From contig JARFYF010000017.1 of assembly GCA_030265395.1 (NCBI GenBank), positions 27,197,882 to 27,261,881 on the forward strand: 64,000 nt of DNA. The letters are read 5' to 3'. Numbering within the stretch: the first letter of the stretch is position 1; each line of letters begins with the position of its first letter. This stretch comes from Rhina ancylostomus. Lineage: Eukaryota. This document shows positions 26,850 through 40,590 of the stretch, in pieces. The notes beneath the pieces were generated by a model, which ran no database searches, was not told where the DNA came from, and was given only the letters and a program-made list of their open reading frames with translations. Made by a program: the position numbers and the translations under genes.

Positions 26850-28075
26850 GACTGAAGGTTGTTTCAGGAGGCCATATTGAACAGCACTTAGAAAAGGAAT
26901 TGAAAATAGTAAGGCATTGAAAGTACTCTGCATGGGGAACTTTAATGTTCATTACCAAGAATGGCTTGGTAGCACCAGCACTGGCTGAGTCTTTACATGA
27001 CCATTATGCCAGGTTTATCCTTGATGCTGAATGGCTCACTACCTGCCACTATTAACCTTGATCTACTTGGGTCAGATGCATCTCTTTGAGCATCACTGTC
27101 ACATTTAAACCACCACCACAGAACAGTAAAGTCTATGGGACCAACTAGCTGTACCTCCAGCCAGTATAGCTACATCACAGACATCCACCTGACAATGTGG
27201 ACAATTCCCCAGGTATGTCCTGTTCANNNNNNNNNNATCTATTGAAAGCCTTCCCAATTGGTCTACCCTCAATCATTAATGAAGTGTTAGTAGATGTCAT
27301 CAGCAGTGCTATCAAGAAGCACTTCTTCACTGAAGGAGTACCTCAGGATAGCGTATGATGCTCAACAATCTTCAGCTGCTTTATCAATGATCTTCCTTTC
27401 ATCACAAGTTCAGAAGGGGGATCTTTGCTGATGATTACAAAATGTTAGTTCCATTCACAATTACTCAACATATGAAGCAGTCTACATCTGCATGATGCAA
27501 TATCCACAAGAGCAGATCAGAGGCTCCTGACACCCCAAAGCTTTTCCGTCAACTGCAAGACATGAGTGAAGAATGTGATGGAAAACCCTCCACCTGCCTG
27601 GATGGGTGCAGATCCAACAACATTAATGAAGCTTGACTCCATTCAGAAAAAGTAGTTGGTTGGATTAATATGCCAACCATCACGCTAAACATTCATTCTT
27701 TCCACCACCAATGCACAATGGCTGCAGTAGGTGCCACTTACAAAATATACTGCTGTAACTCACCAAGGTTATTCCTGTAGCACCTCCCAAACCCATAACC
27801 ACTACCACCAAGAAGGGCAAGGGCAGCAGGTACAAGGGAACAGTCACCTGTGGGGTCCCCTCCGAGTCCCACACCATCCTGATTTAGAAATGTATTACCA
27901 GTCCTTAATCATCACTGGTCCTAAATCCTGGATCTCCCTATCCAACAACATTAATGGAGTATCTTCATCAGAAGGACTGCAACTGTCCAAAACTGTAACT
28001 CATCACCACCTTCTCAAGGGCAATTATGGACAGGCAATAAATACTGGCCTTTCCAGTAATGCTCGTATGCAAAAA
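26850..28075 (+). mobile_element. Internally deleted CR1/Jockey-group LINE (APE endonuclease, RT, 3' tail)
   Basis: GNFNVHYQEWLGST at ~26935 (APE GDFN motif); GVPQDSV..TIFSCFINDLP..FADD at ~27335-27435 (RT); tail caccaccttctcaagggcaattatggacaggcaataaatactggcc. Confidence 0.85.
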
Positions 28076-28184
28076 GGACTAAATTTTAAAAAGCTGTATT
28101 TAACAACAGTTAGGTCACTGTGTACTGTGTGCACTTTTGGTCAAAGATTTGAATAGTGAGGGGGCAGTTGAGATTTACAAGTTA

Positions 28185-28530
28185 CGTTGCCAGAAATTTG
28201 ATTGAAGTACATGACATTATGAGGGGACTTGAGAGGGTAAATAGGAAGTATCCATTTCCTTAGCAGTGGAGTTAAAATCCAGGTTGTAGATTTAAATTGA
28301 TTGGTAAAGGAATGGAGGAGATTGAGAAATATTTTTTTCATGAACTCATTCCTGAAAGGGTGGTTGAATCCAAAATCTCTCATTACATTTAAAAGGTGCT
28401 TGGATGTACTTAAAGAACTGTGACCTGGACCCAGTGTTGGAAGGTGGAATAAGGCTGTGTATCTCACTGTGACAGACAAGAAACAACAGGTTAAATGGCC
28501 TATTGCTCTGTCATGAATTTTCTGTGACTC
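28185..28530 (+). mobile_element. CR1 LINE 3' fragment
   Basis: gaaatttgattgaagtacatgacattatgaggggactt...ctcattacatttaaaaggtgcttggatgt...ggttaaatggcct. Confidence 0.7.
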
Positions 28531-31500
28531 TATAAACAGCAAACCGAGAGTACTGCAGTCAGTAAGGATTTTAACCTGTATATTCATACATTGGTTTTAA
28601 AGTAGTATTTTGGTTGTTATCCAGAGATGTCAAAATTATTATTTAAGTTTCACAAACAGCACAAAAGCAATGGTCAAACATATCAGGATTGGTGTTAAAA
28701 TTATTTTGTTTGCCTTTCCATTGGTATTGGAATCTCATATCAGTAAAAGTACAAGGTGCTAGTGGTGATTTGTGACCTCTACTCATACTATGCAATAAGC
28801 ATAAACAGATTGATACATTTGTCCATCTGCTTACTAGAATGCTGTTAAAATATGTGGTTGCATCAGTGCTGACAGATCCATTTTCATAGCTGAAGGGCAA
28901 TGGATACTTCTCAATCTATCTTCAGCTTGGAATCATTGCCATACTTTTAGCTTTTCTTCCCTTTCATCACAGTAACCTGAGGAGTGTGACAGTAGGAAAT
29001 TTGCATTAGCAATTGGATTATTGGACTTTCAGCAGAGTTGGAGTAAGAAAAGTCGGCATGTGTCCTCATTTCACACCGCCAGTAAACTGACTTCATGCTA
29101 GTAAAAGTTATTATCATGATGAATTAATTACCCAAATACAATATTAAGACTATATTTGCTTTCATTTTTGGAAGTTTTTATTTTTTTTAAAGTTTCCTAA
29201 TTCAGATGTGAGGTGTTACATTGAGCTAGAATTTGCCGAATTTGTTGAGAGCAACCCACTGAACTGCCTGCTTTGATTCCTCTCGCACCTTTTTAAGTAT
29301 CATGTGGTCCTAAGCTGGCTGGCTGAGCATTGCTGGCAACCTTGTGACTGCATGCTGGTCAGCACGAACTTGCAATAGTTCCCCAAAAATTACACCAATG
29401 AACCAAATCCACACACACCTGACTCAGGAACAATGTTCTTGTTCATTTGGATAGAGAGGATTAGCTGTGAGGAAAAAGGGATTTACAAATGTCAAATTTT
29501 ACAATTTTTTCAGCAATTGGGTTTGCTTTAGTGCTTTTAATTGTTCAAAAGTGTTTATATTTGAAGTTATTTAAATATTTTAAGTTTTTACATTCTTCCA
29601 TTTTTGTAATGTAATTGTTTTATTGACTTTTAACAGCTTTGTCAGGTGCATTTAGAAAGGTCTGTGAAACCTCTTGAGAGATGGAAGAGCAGGAGGAATG
29701 ACTTGAGCAACTGACAAAGCTTCTTCAACTGTTACACCGACAGAACTTCTTCTGGCCCATCCACGTATTGGCATTATCTTGTACACCTCCTGACTTTGGA
29801 TTGTGATGTCACTTATCAGCAAATTAACAAATGATGAATCCCCAAAAGATAAGTCCAAAGCTGGTTAGTATGTGAGTGCTGAGTGTGGGTGGCACATGTA
29901 AAGAAAGCCCAAGGGGATGAGGCAAACAATAACATTAATCACAAACTGTAACCTAGGAATACAGTGATGTGTCGCACAAATAATGTGATCCTCAGAAAAG
30001 AAGGCACGACTTCCTCTAGAAAATCAGTTGTGAGGTTAAAAAACATGTGGGTGAGTTCCACACATCACTTTTCCTTCAGAAAGATTGAAATCAAATTTTT
30101 ACACCATGGATTGCAGCTGCTGCCTTGATGTCCTAATATGAATACGAAATCTGCCTTCTGTACTTTGTGGTGCTGGATTTTGACATATGCGATGTAAAAT
30201 GTTTGCAGAATAAGAACCAGAGAAAATGATGTTTTAATTATTTCCACTGTGTCTAAAATGTCAGGTTTTAAGATTATGGACAAAGCACCATTTCCAAGAA
30301 CTTCTGTAAATTCACTTTTCATAATTAGATAAATGCCCTGAATGTCAAGAGAAAGTTTATTTTTAAGCAACATATTTAAATATCAAGGGAATAGTCATCA
30401 GATTTACTGGCAGTATATGCAACCATTCCTTTTCTGTGATACTGCTGAAGTGAGCAGCTTGCAACACACATTTTGTTACATTAAGTTTTAATCATTAAAT
30501 AATCCTTCACTGCAAAGATTTTCATATCCATCGTTATAAGTTATGTGTTATTAGCCAATACATCCTTTTAATACATTATTGAATAAAAAAAGTCAGTTTT
30601 GTGTCCCACAGACTATAGTGCTACACAGTTCAGAGGTTGTAGCTGTCATCTTTTGATTAAGAAAAGGAAATGATTTCACTAAACAGCAATTCATTCTTGC
30701 GTTGTTTTGTTTTAACTTACTTTGTAGTTTCCAATGAACTGGACATATTTATTGAAACACATAAGTTACTTCATGGTTACCAACATCGTACTAATCTTAA
30801 CAAAATATCTCCTTTCCTGCCAATAGACTAAATGTCATAAACTATAAAATACCCTCAACATCATCTACATTGTAAACATCACCACTGCAAGCTTTTAGAT
30901 GCAAACAACGAGATGCATAAGTTTTCTTTTAATCATTTGTAAAGTAACTTATAAAAAACTGAACCAAAATGTAGAAGCTTCCATCTGTTACATAATTTTC
31001 CATTGTAGTCCTGTGCATGCCAGTTTACTGAACCATAGCTTGCTAAAGAGACTACTGGGTCACGGATTGAAAAACAAAGACCAAGCTTTTAATGACTGAA
31101 TTTTTCTCAAGCACCTCTGACATAAAAATAACTGCACAAATACAAAACTGATGTGTGGATAGTTAGCAACAGAATGAACAAAATGCATTTCTTCTCAAAA
31201 GGCAGAATAAGAAAAGGAGCCACAAATTAAAGGGACTGAGATGATGTTAATTGGCATTTTGTATTTAAGTTGTACTAGTGCAATGAATACAATTGCAAAT
31301 TTATGAAACTTCTAAAAATTTGTCAATCAAAATTTACTACCTTATTGAGAATTTTTCTTAATATTTGAATTTAGATGCCTTTACAATCTGGGCACAAACA
31401 AGTAATGTTGCTGAAAACAGTGTGAAATTTTGGCTGTGACTTGTGCATGGAACTACAATGTGCCCAAGTCTTTTTGATCTTTTATGCTTGAACAGATCTC

Positions 31501-34500
31501 CGCCAAAACACTGCCCATGCCCATTGCTCTTCAATGTGAATATTCTTCAATTGTATAAGTCTGGAGATCTCTCAGCATTGTTGCTGATTTTTCAGACACA
31601 ACAGGAAACAACAACATTTTTCTGATCTTTCCTTTGTGGATTTTTTCAAACATTTTAAAATTTAGTCTCACAAGGATTTGCTCTTATTTTATCTATATTA
31701 ATTTACAATGTGGTCTATGTTTCATACATAAGACTAAAACCAAGTTTCTACTACCTGGTGTTGTACATTTATTGTAAAGGGATCTATCTTTTCTGTCAGG
31801 CTTATAGTTGATATACTCAAATGGGAATCCCCCAATTATCTTTAAAGGTGGAAGAGCCAAAGTGAGTCCAGCCACTCATCTTTAACCATAATTATCACTC
31901 TCACAGCTTATCCCTCCAAAATCCCCAATGTTTACATGTCACCATCTTGTCTCATCACTAAACAAGGCACAAATAATTCTGAAGTAATATGGTCCAAAGT
32001 AACATGAAAGCTGCACAATGGATGCCAGCAGAAGAATCCACTCCCTGGCTTCTTTCCTTAACTAAGAATAATAAAATTGCTAATAATTTTAACAGTATTC
32101 ATTAAAATATAATTAAATAGTGAAGCTAAAATAATTAAATTTTTTGGTAATTAAATATTAAAGACACTAAATAATAATGGTACATAATTAAAAAAAATCA
32201 GAAGACATGCTTTATCTAACAGTATGATCTAGTTAGAAGACATCTTAATGATGCTACACCTGGAGAACAGCACTTAACAGAATGGGAATCATAACAATAA
32301 CTTTAAANNNNNNNNNNNNNNNNNNNNNNNNNNNNNNNNNNNNNNNNNNNNNNNNNNNNNNNNNNNNNNNNNNNNNNNNNNNNNNNNNNNNNNNNNNNNN
32401 NNNNNNNNNNNNNNNNNNNNNNNNNNNNNNNNNNNNNNNNNNNNNNNNNNNNNNNNNNNNNNNNNNNNNNNNNNNNNNNNNNNNNNNNNNNNNNNNNNNN
32501 NNNNNNNNNNNNNNNNNNNNNNNNNNNNNNNNNNNNNNNNNNNNNNNNNNNNNNNNNNNNNNNNNNNNNNNNNNNNNNNNNNNNNNNNNNNNNNNNNNNN
32601 NNNNNNNNNNNNNNNNNNNNNNNNNNNNNNNNNNNNNNNNNNNNNNNNNNNNNNNNNNNNNNNNNNNNNNNNNNNNNNNNNNNNNNNNNNNNNNNNNNNN
32701 NNNNNNNNNNNNNNNNNNNNNNNNNNNNNNNNNNNNNNNNNNNNNNNNNNNNNNCTCAGTTCTAGTGATGATTGAAATGTGAACTACTTTTGGAGTTATC
32801 CCTCACTCTAAGCTGTATACATATGAGTAGGTGAACCAGGACCACAAGCTCCCTGAATAAACAATAAACTAAAACTAAATTCTTGTGCACATTTCTGCCC
32901 AGGATCACAGAGACATACTTGTAATTCAAACTGTTTTTTTCTATTTGAAATTATAAGCATTCCATACAGTAGTCGATTAAAAACCAAAACTTTACTGTCA
33001 GTGGTGAACCAATGATATTCACCATAAACCAAGAAGAAAGCTGCCCACAAAGATCTTTGTAGCTTTCCTTTTCCCAGTGATGGTTCCTGTCAGCTCCAGT
33101 GGGTGCCTGGTGTACTGTAACAGTGATGTCATTAAGTAGGCTGAGCAGCCAATCACACTAAAGAATTCTCATGGACGGCAAGTTAGGCAGAACAACTTTT
33201 TAAATATGCAAAATATAAAATAAGATTTGAAATGTGCACAAGGTTAAGATAGCATATTAAGTAGTATAAAATAAAGACATGAAAAGATGAATTTCTGTTG
33301 TTTAAAAATGAAATAGTTATCTAAGGGAATGGCAAATCCATACATGGGATCAGTTGTTTAAGTTCAGCAAGATTATTAAGCAATGATTATGGCTCAGTAT
33401 CAGTATACTGTTAAAGATTCAGTTACACCTCTGCAGATAAGTGTTAAATTTTCAGGAAGTTTTTCACAGCAAGCCTGATTTGTAAATACCATGGTCTAGA
33501 AACAGGGTGCGGAGGCTATGCCAATTTTGTATGAAGATTCTAAGCTGCAGCATTCTACAGTGCGTGAAATCCAAGTTGTTGTGTTTGGTAGAGTGGACCT
33601 TAGACATGCAAACATGAATAAAAACATTGGGCAATCACACGAGGAGGAGTTGAGGACATGATTGAGAGAAGGTGCAGATTTGGGAAAGCCAGCCTTAATC
33701 TCTGAACAAGAGCTGTTTCAATATTCAAGGTCCATGCCATTCATGGGCTATATTACATCAAAAACAAGTAATGTATGCTGTCTGAGGACACTGAACATGG
33801 CCTACAACTTCTGGGTATTGAATAAAATAAAAATTATTTAACTAATTAAATAAAAATTAGCCATGAGCTACCAACTGACTGTGTCCTGTCACATTTCACC
33901 AATACAGGCAATGTCACCTTTGAAGCCAAAGTGCAAAGTATCATGATTCCCTGGTTTAAACTGGGAGATGGTACCTCTGAAGAGGAAGCTTGAATGGCAC
34001 TGGTTTTGATAGCTAGTATTGAACAGGTGAAATTTTAGGAATCCTTCATTCTTTTTCTCTAGTGCCCCTGAAAATTGGGAAAATAAGAAATAAGGAATGT
34101 CCACTGCACAGAGTCTACTAAATGCCAACAGTTCCATGTATTTGGGAAACATGACACTTTCTGAGTAAGTCCACCTCTGAAAGTGCTAGTTGGTTTCTAA
34201 TGTCTCTTTGATATAGTGGTTGAATCATCATCCTCATAACCAGGTCTGCTTCAATGCTCTTACATAATCCCCTGGTGATATTCTCTACCTTGAGATGTTA
34301 TGGCACTTTGGTCTGAGTTTCAAATTGCTACACTGCAGTTGGATTATTCTAAAATTGAATGTATTAATGATACATCTTGCATGTGAAAGAGGAGAAACCT
34401 AGTAAAGATGTCAGTGACCATTGGTCCCAAAGTTGCATGGTGATATTTGGATGTGATTCTGATGTAGTGGAATCAGCAAGTAGCAGGGGTTCTGCCAGAG

Positions 34501-35444
34501 TCAGACGCAAGTTCCACAAACTCACTGTTACTCAAGTATGCATGCCATACACCTCAAAAGTGTGACTTGCATACATCAAAAGGAGGACCAACTTTTCCAC
34601 AATTAATTTATTTGGTAAACATTTCTACAGTCAGCTCAATGTGTCATTATATAGTGGGAGAATGAAAGTAGCTTTGAGATGTAGGAAGTTGAAGGAGCTG
34701 TAGCAGAGTAATCCACCTGCACGCAAACCTGAATGTAAGTGAGTGATTACATATGAATTGCTCTTGGAGTCTGTTAATATGGGAAGGCTTTTAATTGTAC
34801 CTTACACCTTGTAGGTGAGCCCCAGTGAGGTTCAGCTTTGCACAAGTTGGAATGAAAGCTTTGTGAAAGCTTGACACAGCCGCGCACAAAATGTCAAATA
34901 ATTTAGCTGCTAACATTTGATGATGTGCATTTGTGGGCTCTCTGCTGCAACAATAAACAATGCTTTTATTTAGCAGCTTCAATGCAAAAACAAAATATAG
35001 CAGTTGTTAAATACATGAGATGCCTGATAGATAATCTTGCAGGATTCTTCTATTCATGCCATTTGTAAATGCATCTAATCTCAGTGCAGCACAGAATATT
35101 TATCCCAGATATGAGAATAGAGAAAATCTGTCCTAAAACTACAAACAGTTCAACTTTCTTAGCACCACCTTTTGCAATTGCATGCCCATTTGTGAAGCTG
35201 ATAAAACTGCATTGGGTGTTTTACTACTTCAACACTTGCTCATGGAATCTACATCATGCCTTTGTAGTAAGCTTTTTCTGAAATCTTGTTTTTGTCTGAC
35301 TATCCTTCCCCTAATGAATTATAACAGCTTTTCCATCATTTATACAACTTGAAAACAATGACAATGAATGCTAACATTTCAGAATCAGAGAAAATTTATG
35401 ACATTGGAGAACACTGAGCCCATCTTGGCCACACCATTGAAAAA

Positions 35445-36960
35445 AGGGCTACCATGATCTACATCCCAGAAGTTTGAACAAGCTGCCCTTAGAAACAGAA
35501 GATGCTCTGCTCATTATTTTCCAAAATGTTATAGATTCTGGAATGGTTTCTACAGATTGAAGAGCAGCAAATGTGACCACATTATTTAAGAAAGCGTCAC
35601 AAATTTGAGCAAAGAGCAAGCTCGCAGAGAACCCAAATGCAGCACACAGATACAAGACTGGAGTCAGGATACCTCCTCAGGAGGAAACACAGGCAGCAAC
35701 NNNNNNNNNNNNNNNNNNNNNNNNNNNNNNNNNNNNNNNNNNNNNNNNNNNNNNNNNNNNNNNNNNNNNNNNNNNNNNNNNNNNNNNNNNNNNNNNNNNN
35801 GCTAGGAGCCAAAGGTAAACCAATAATCTGGCAACTAGTGCTGGGGAAACCCAGGTACTTGTGCTAGGCCCCTGATGGGGCTCAGGTGTGTGTTGTTATG
35901 TAATCAGTCCAGCATGAAATCCATGTGCTGTAAACAAGGCATTAAAGGAGCCAAATTGAGGGCCAGAACTCAGAACCATGACAGAAAGTACAGAGACAGA
36001 AAAGGGGAACTACCAACCTGCTAGTCCAACATACATTAGGTAGTTGCAAAAATACTGAAATCTATTATAGAGGATGTTGAGACACTTAGAAAATAATAAA
36101 TGACTGAGCAAAGTCAATATGGATTTATGAAAGGGAATTCATGTTTAACTAATTTATTGTTGTTCTTTGAGGATATATATGTGTAAGAACCAGTGGACGT
36201 GGTATATGTGGGTTTCCAGAATGCTTTCAATGAAGATGCATATAGGACATTGGTGAGCAAAGTTAGGGCATGTGGAATTGGGGTTAATAAGCTAGTGTGA
36301 GAGTGATTAATGGGTAGAAAAGAAAGAGTAGGAATAAATGGGTTCTTCTCAGGTTGGCAGGCTGTGACTAGTGGGGTATTGCTAGGAACGGAGCTTGGAC
36401 ATTGACTATTCACAATCAGCATCAATGCTTTGGCTGAGAGAACCAAGGTTCCAAGTTTGCTGATAGTGCAAAACTAAGAAAGTAAGAATAGTAATGAGGA
36501 TGCAAAGAGGTTTCATAGGAATGTAGACAAGGTGAGTGATTGTGCAACAACATGGCAAATCAAGTGTAATGCAGAAAAAATTATGAAGTTATTCACTTTG
36601 GTAGAAAAGAAACTGAAATGCTGAGTAGTTTTTAAATGGTGAAAGATTGGAAAATGTTGATGTTCAAAGGAACCTGGATACCTAAGCAACTGAAAGCTGG
36701 CATGTAGGTACTGCAGGTAACTTATTGCAAGAAGTTTTGAATATAATAGTAAAGATGTCTTACTCCAATGATTTGGGAATTGGTGAGACAGCACCTGGAG
36801 TATTATATGCAATTTTGTTCACCTTATTTAAGGAAGTATATACTTGATATAGAGGAAGTCCAACACAGATTCACCAGTCATCTTCTTGAGATAGCCAGTC
36901 TGTCATGGGGAGAGTGATTGAGTAGCCTTCTTTAGAAATTAGAAAAATGGGAGGTGACAT
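35445..36960 (+). mobile_element. CR1 LINE ORF2 (RT) fragment, interrupted by an LTR-type insertion
   Basis: IIFQN..DSGMV..D.RAANVT.LFKK, SQYGFMKGNSCLTNL..FFE, VDVVY..FQ.AF, VTSGV, SKFAD and LVR.HLEY..QF motifs, with stops and frameshifts. Confidence 0.9.
35595..35983. mobile_element. LTR-type insertion (solo LTR or collapsed LTR retrotransposon, Gypsy-like)
   Basis: Perfect TSD GAAAG at 35590-35594 and 35984-35988; termini cgtcac...catgaca (TGTCA..TGACA type, first base changed); 100-N gap inside. Confidence 0.8.
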
Positions 36961-36964
36961 AATA

Positions 36965-37630
36965 TTTCTACCTATTTAAACCTACACTCCCTGTTTTGGA
37001 TCCACTGGCTACAGGAACTAGGTCTTTCCTACTTATTCTATCCGAACCTTTCATAAATATATATATTTCAAATAAATCTCCTCTCAATCATCTCTATCCC
37101 AAAGAAAACATTCCTAGCTGATCAATATTTCCTCAAAGTCACAATTTTCTGTTTTCAAAGCCTCATAAATCTCCTCTCCAGTGCAGTCATATCTTTCCCG
37201 TTATCTGGTGACCAGAACTATCTATAATACTCAAACTGTTGTCTAACTAGTGTTGTATACAGCTTTAACATTACCTCTCAGCTCTTATATTCTGTGCCTC
37301 AACTAATACATGCTAGAATGGCATATACCTTTTTAATTACCTTTTAACTTGTTCTACTATCTTTAGCAATCTATAGATGTACACTCCAAGATCTCTTCTT
37401 CTTCTACACCATTCAACATTGTCCCATTTATCGTACATTCCCTTGCTTTGTTGCACCTCCCTGAATGAATTACCTCAAATTTCTCTAGATTAAGTTCCAT
37501 TTTGCCATTTTCCTATCCAATTGGCCAAGCTGCCTACATCTTTCTACCATTCAAAGCTTTCATACCCACTGTTAATCACAATGCTGATATCTGTTATTTG
37601 AAAATGTTTTTGTCATGCCTCTCTATGTTC
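36965..37630 (-). mobile_element. CR1 LINE 3' fragment, tail-to-tail with the preceding copy
   Basis: Reverse strand YTTLVRQQFEYY..FWSPDNGKDMTALE, and a W...W.MELNLEKFEVIH motif. Confidence 0.8.
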
Positions 37631-39559
37631 TTATAGAAATTGAAACAATATTTACTTCACTTATACATTTGCCTTTAAGATTCCATTTTATCTTTTAACT
37701 TGATCCCCTTCATATATAATTCATTTTGTTGACACTGCACAGCATTTAAGCAGCATGACAGATACGGATAAATATTACAATAAGGTATCTTTTAAAAAAA
37801 AAATTGGACAGTTAGCTCAGTGGTTTGCCAGCTGTTCTTTCAAACATATTGGAAAAGTCTAAACTGAACCTGGAATGGAAAATCTGTGATTATCTGGTGT
37901 TCTCATTCAGATAGTCCATTAGGAGAGTGAATAGAAAAATATTACAGTCTTCTGATGTGTCCTTCTGAGGATGTGAATTACACATATATTTGAAGAGGGT
38001 GTAAAGGAGTCTTGCTTTGCATTCAACCCACATCATTTCTGAACTGGATGACATTATGGCAAAAGGTATAACTATTCCTAATATTGATATGCTTCATTGT
38101 GATCAGTATACCAATTCAGCCAAAAACAAGATACATTTAAAAAACTAAGTATTATTATTCAATCTGTCATTACTAAGGTTTATCCTAAGGAACGGATACT
38201 GATGCACTGGTGGAAGTATAACCGTGCTGTACGCAGATATCAGAGGAAATCAGTTCTGCAGTTGCGTATTATGGTCCCTTCCATGTAACAGTGACAATTA
38301 GTCATCTAGTAACACGAAAAGAAATTCCTCAAGTTCTATGGTGTTACATTAAAGCTTTCCTTTTCAGAAAGATATGCTTCCTCATTCAGAAAATCAGGCA
38401 AATGTTGCTAAACTTGATGTGACAAGAAAAAGATATTTTTTTCGAATGCTTCCACAATATCCTTTTCTGATACTGAAATGAACTGTTATGACACGGATGC
38501 CTTGGATGCCTCAGTAGAAAATTTTGCTGAAAGTAATGAAAAGGAACTGACTCCTCTGGAAATGTTTTCACTGCCAAGAATGGTCATACGAAGGAAGGGA
38601 AAGATTTACAAACATACATGCTACATGTTTTGTATTTAACCATGAAGGAGGCACTCCTTCATCCATTCTAATACTAATCAGCTCAGTCTTATTAGATTTA
38701 TATTTTTTTTCAATCTTCTGAAGAAGGATTGACAGAATTCAGCAAGCGCAGTGTGATGAAATAATGACAATGGTTGTTACAAGAAATACCCTGCGGCAAC
38801 TGAATCAGAACTTGGAACACAACTGAATAAATAATTCTCAAACCTACTGGGTGAAAATGGGTTTTTGTAAATATGCCCCATTTACAATAGCAAATGAAAG
38901 ATGTGAGGGTGCTCTATAGAGAATGCAGACTGGAGGAATTTCATCCCTTGTGATTTCACCCATTAACTTGCTGAACTTATTCTTAATACCTTGATGATGA
39001 TGAATGAAGAATAATTCATTTTTACAGCAAAATGAAAGATTTACTTCATTCATCATCTTAGTGCTTAACACACTTTCTTCTGTCAATGAGCAACTAAATA
39101 TGCAACAAAATTTTAAAAATACATGTAAAATGTCATTAAGTATACCAATCTCTGTTAAAATTAAATTATATTAAATGCATTCCTTAATGATAACATAACG
39201 TAGCCCAATGCTAAAGGTTAATGTTTGGAAAGAGTATTTTAGCTAAACTTTTTACTGTAAACAGGATTACACATTTTCTTTAATAAGCTTCTCAAAGTAC
39301 AATTAAAGGAGAAGCATGCATATGTTCATCCTGAAACAGTCCTATTCACATTGTCATGAGATGTGGCAGGAGGAATGTCATGATGGAGTGCAAAGTTGAT
39401 GTGATTACTGTGTGCCAATAATATGTAATAGCAGTCTTAATTTCAGTTTCAGCGATACAACTTGATCCTGGCTTTTTTAAAATCATACCAAAGACAAGGT
39501 CCACAGAATCATTGACGGATACATTAGATGACGAGGTCACTTATCCAACTTTTAGTGAG

Positions 39560-39870
39560 CTATCCAGTTAGTACCAAACACCTGACCTTTTTTGACAGCC
39601 CTACAAATATTTTCCTTTCAAATATTTATCCAATTCGTCTTCAAAAGTTGTTATTGAATCTGTTTATTATTGATCTCAGTATATTCCAGGTCATTTTAAT
39701 TCACTGCATAAAGAAAATCCTCACCTCTACTTCTTTTGGCAGTTATCATAAATCTATGTTCTCTGGTTACCAACCTTACTGCTTTTGGGAACTACTTCTT
39801 TTATTTACTCTAAGAAAGGCATTTGTTTTTCATATTTAAATAGGCCATTGAATATCCAAGCACTATACTT
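39560..39870 (-). mobile_element. Old CR1-like 3' fragment
   Basis: aaatatttatccaattc...attccaggtcattttaattcactgcataaagaaaatcctcacc; similar to the reversed CR1 3' ends at ~37000 and ~50700. Confidence 0.55.
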
Positions 39871-40414
39871 TTACCAAAGTGTCCTTCTGTTTTCTATCTG
39901 AATTTGACTTGTTTTATTTTTTAATTTGTTTCATTTTATTTCAATCCCAGAGGAGAAAGTGGGCAAGCAGATTGCAACCAGACTTCTGCAAGCACCAGTC
40001 TTGAGCCAGCTGCTTAGAGAGTCCAGTGTGCAACATGGACACAGGTGACACAGACACCAATCTTTACCCTCTGTCCCAATGGAAAAGTGTTTTGTTTCCT
40101 TTCAACATTTCCCCAGTGACACAGCTGAGACTAGTAACATGCCAAGGCAAAATGGGAAATCAAATCGCATCAGTGAACTGTGCCATTGAACTGCCTCATG
40201 CACTCTACACAAATGTTCACTACTAGAGAGGCATAACCAGTGGAAAAAAATGGAAGCCCAAGAAAAAGTGTGTTATCAGCAAGCATTCACTGGTCTGAAG
40301 TTAAAGCATTCAAACTTAACACACCAGTTGGAGATCTTAAATGCACGTAATTAAATACATTCTTTAATTGCAGTATCAGCAATGACCAAAAAAAAACTAC
40401 TGGACTGTTGTAGG

Positions 40415-40590
40415 AACATAATCTGTTCACTAAAGTCTTTGAGGGAAGGAAGTCTGCCATCCTTAGCCAGCGTGGCTTATATGAGTCCAGATCGACATCA
40501 ATGTGGTTGATTCAGTTATCCTCTTAATGGCCGATTAGTTTAAGGTCAATTAGGATAGGCAAAAGATACTGCCAGAGATGAATGATAGAA
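40415..40590 (+). mobile_element. SINE 3' half sharing its tail with the 26850-28075 LINE family
   Basis: gttcactaaagtctttgagggaaggaagtctgccatccttagcc body, then ttaaggtcaattaggataggcaaaagatactgcc, similar to tcaagggcaattatggacaggcaataaatactggcc. Confidence 0.65.

Noticed and set aside
27731-28587. 141-aa and 148-aa ORFs
   Set aside because: Out-of-frame or antisense reads of LINE 3' regions.
29652-29858. Protein-looking 68-aa ORF
   Set aside because: No recognisable family and no convincing splice sites.
38190-38580. CpG-bearing segment tested as a coding exon
   Set aside because: The frames I translated on both strands closed quickly and no acceptor/donor pair fitted; it may still be regulatory.
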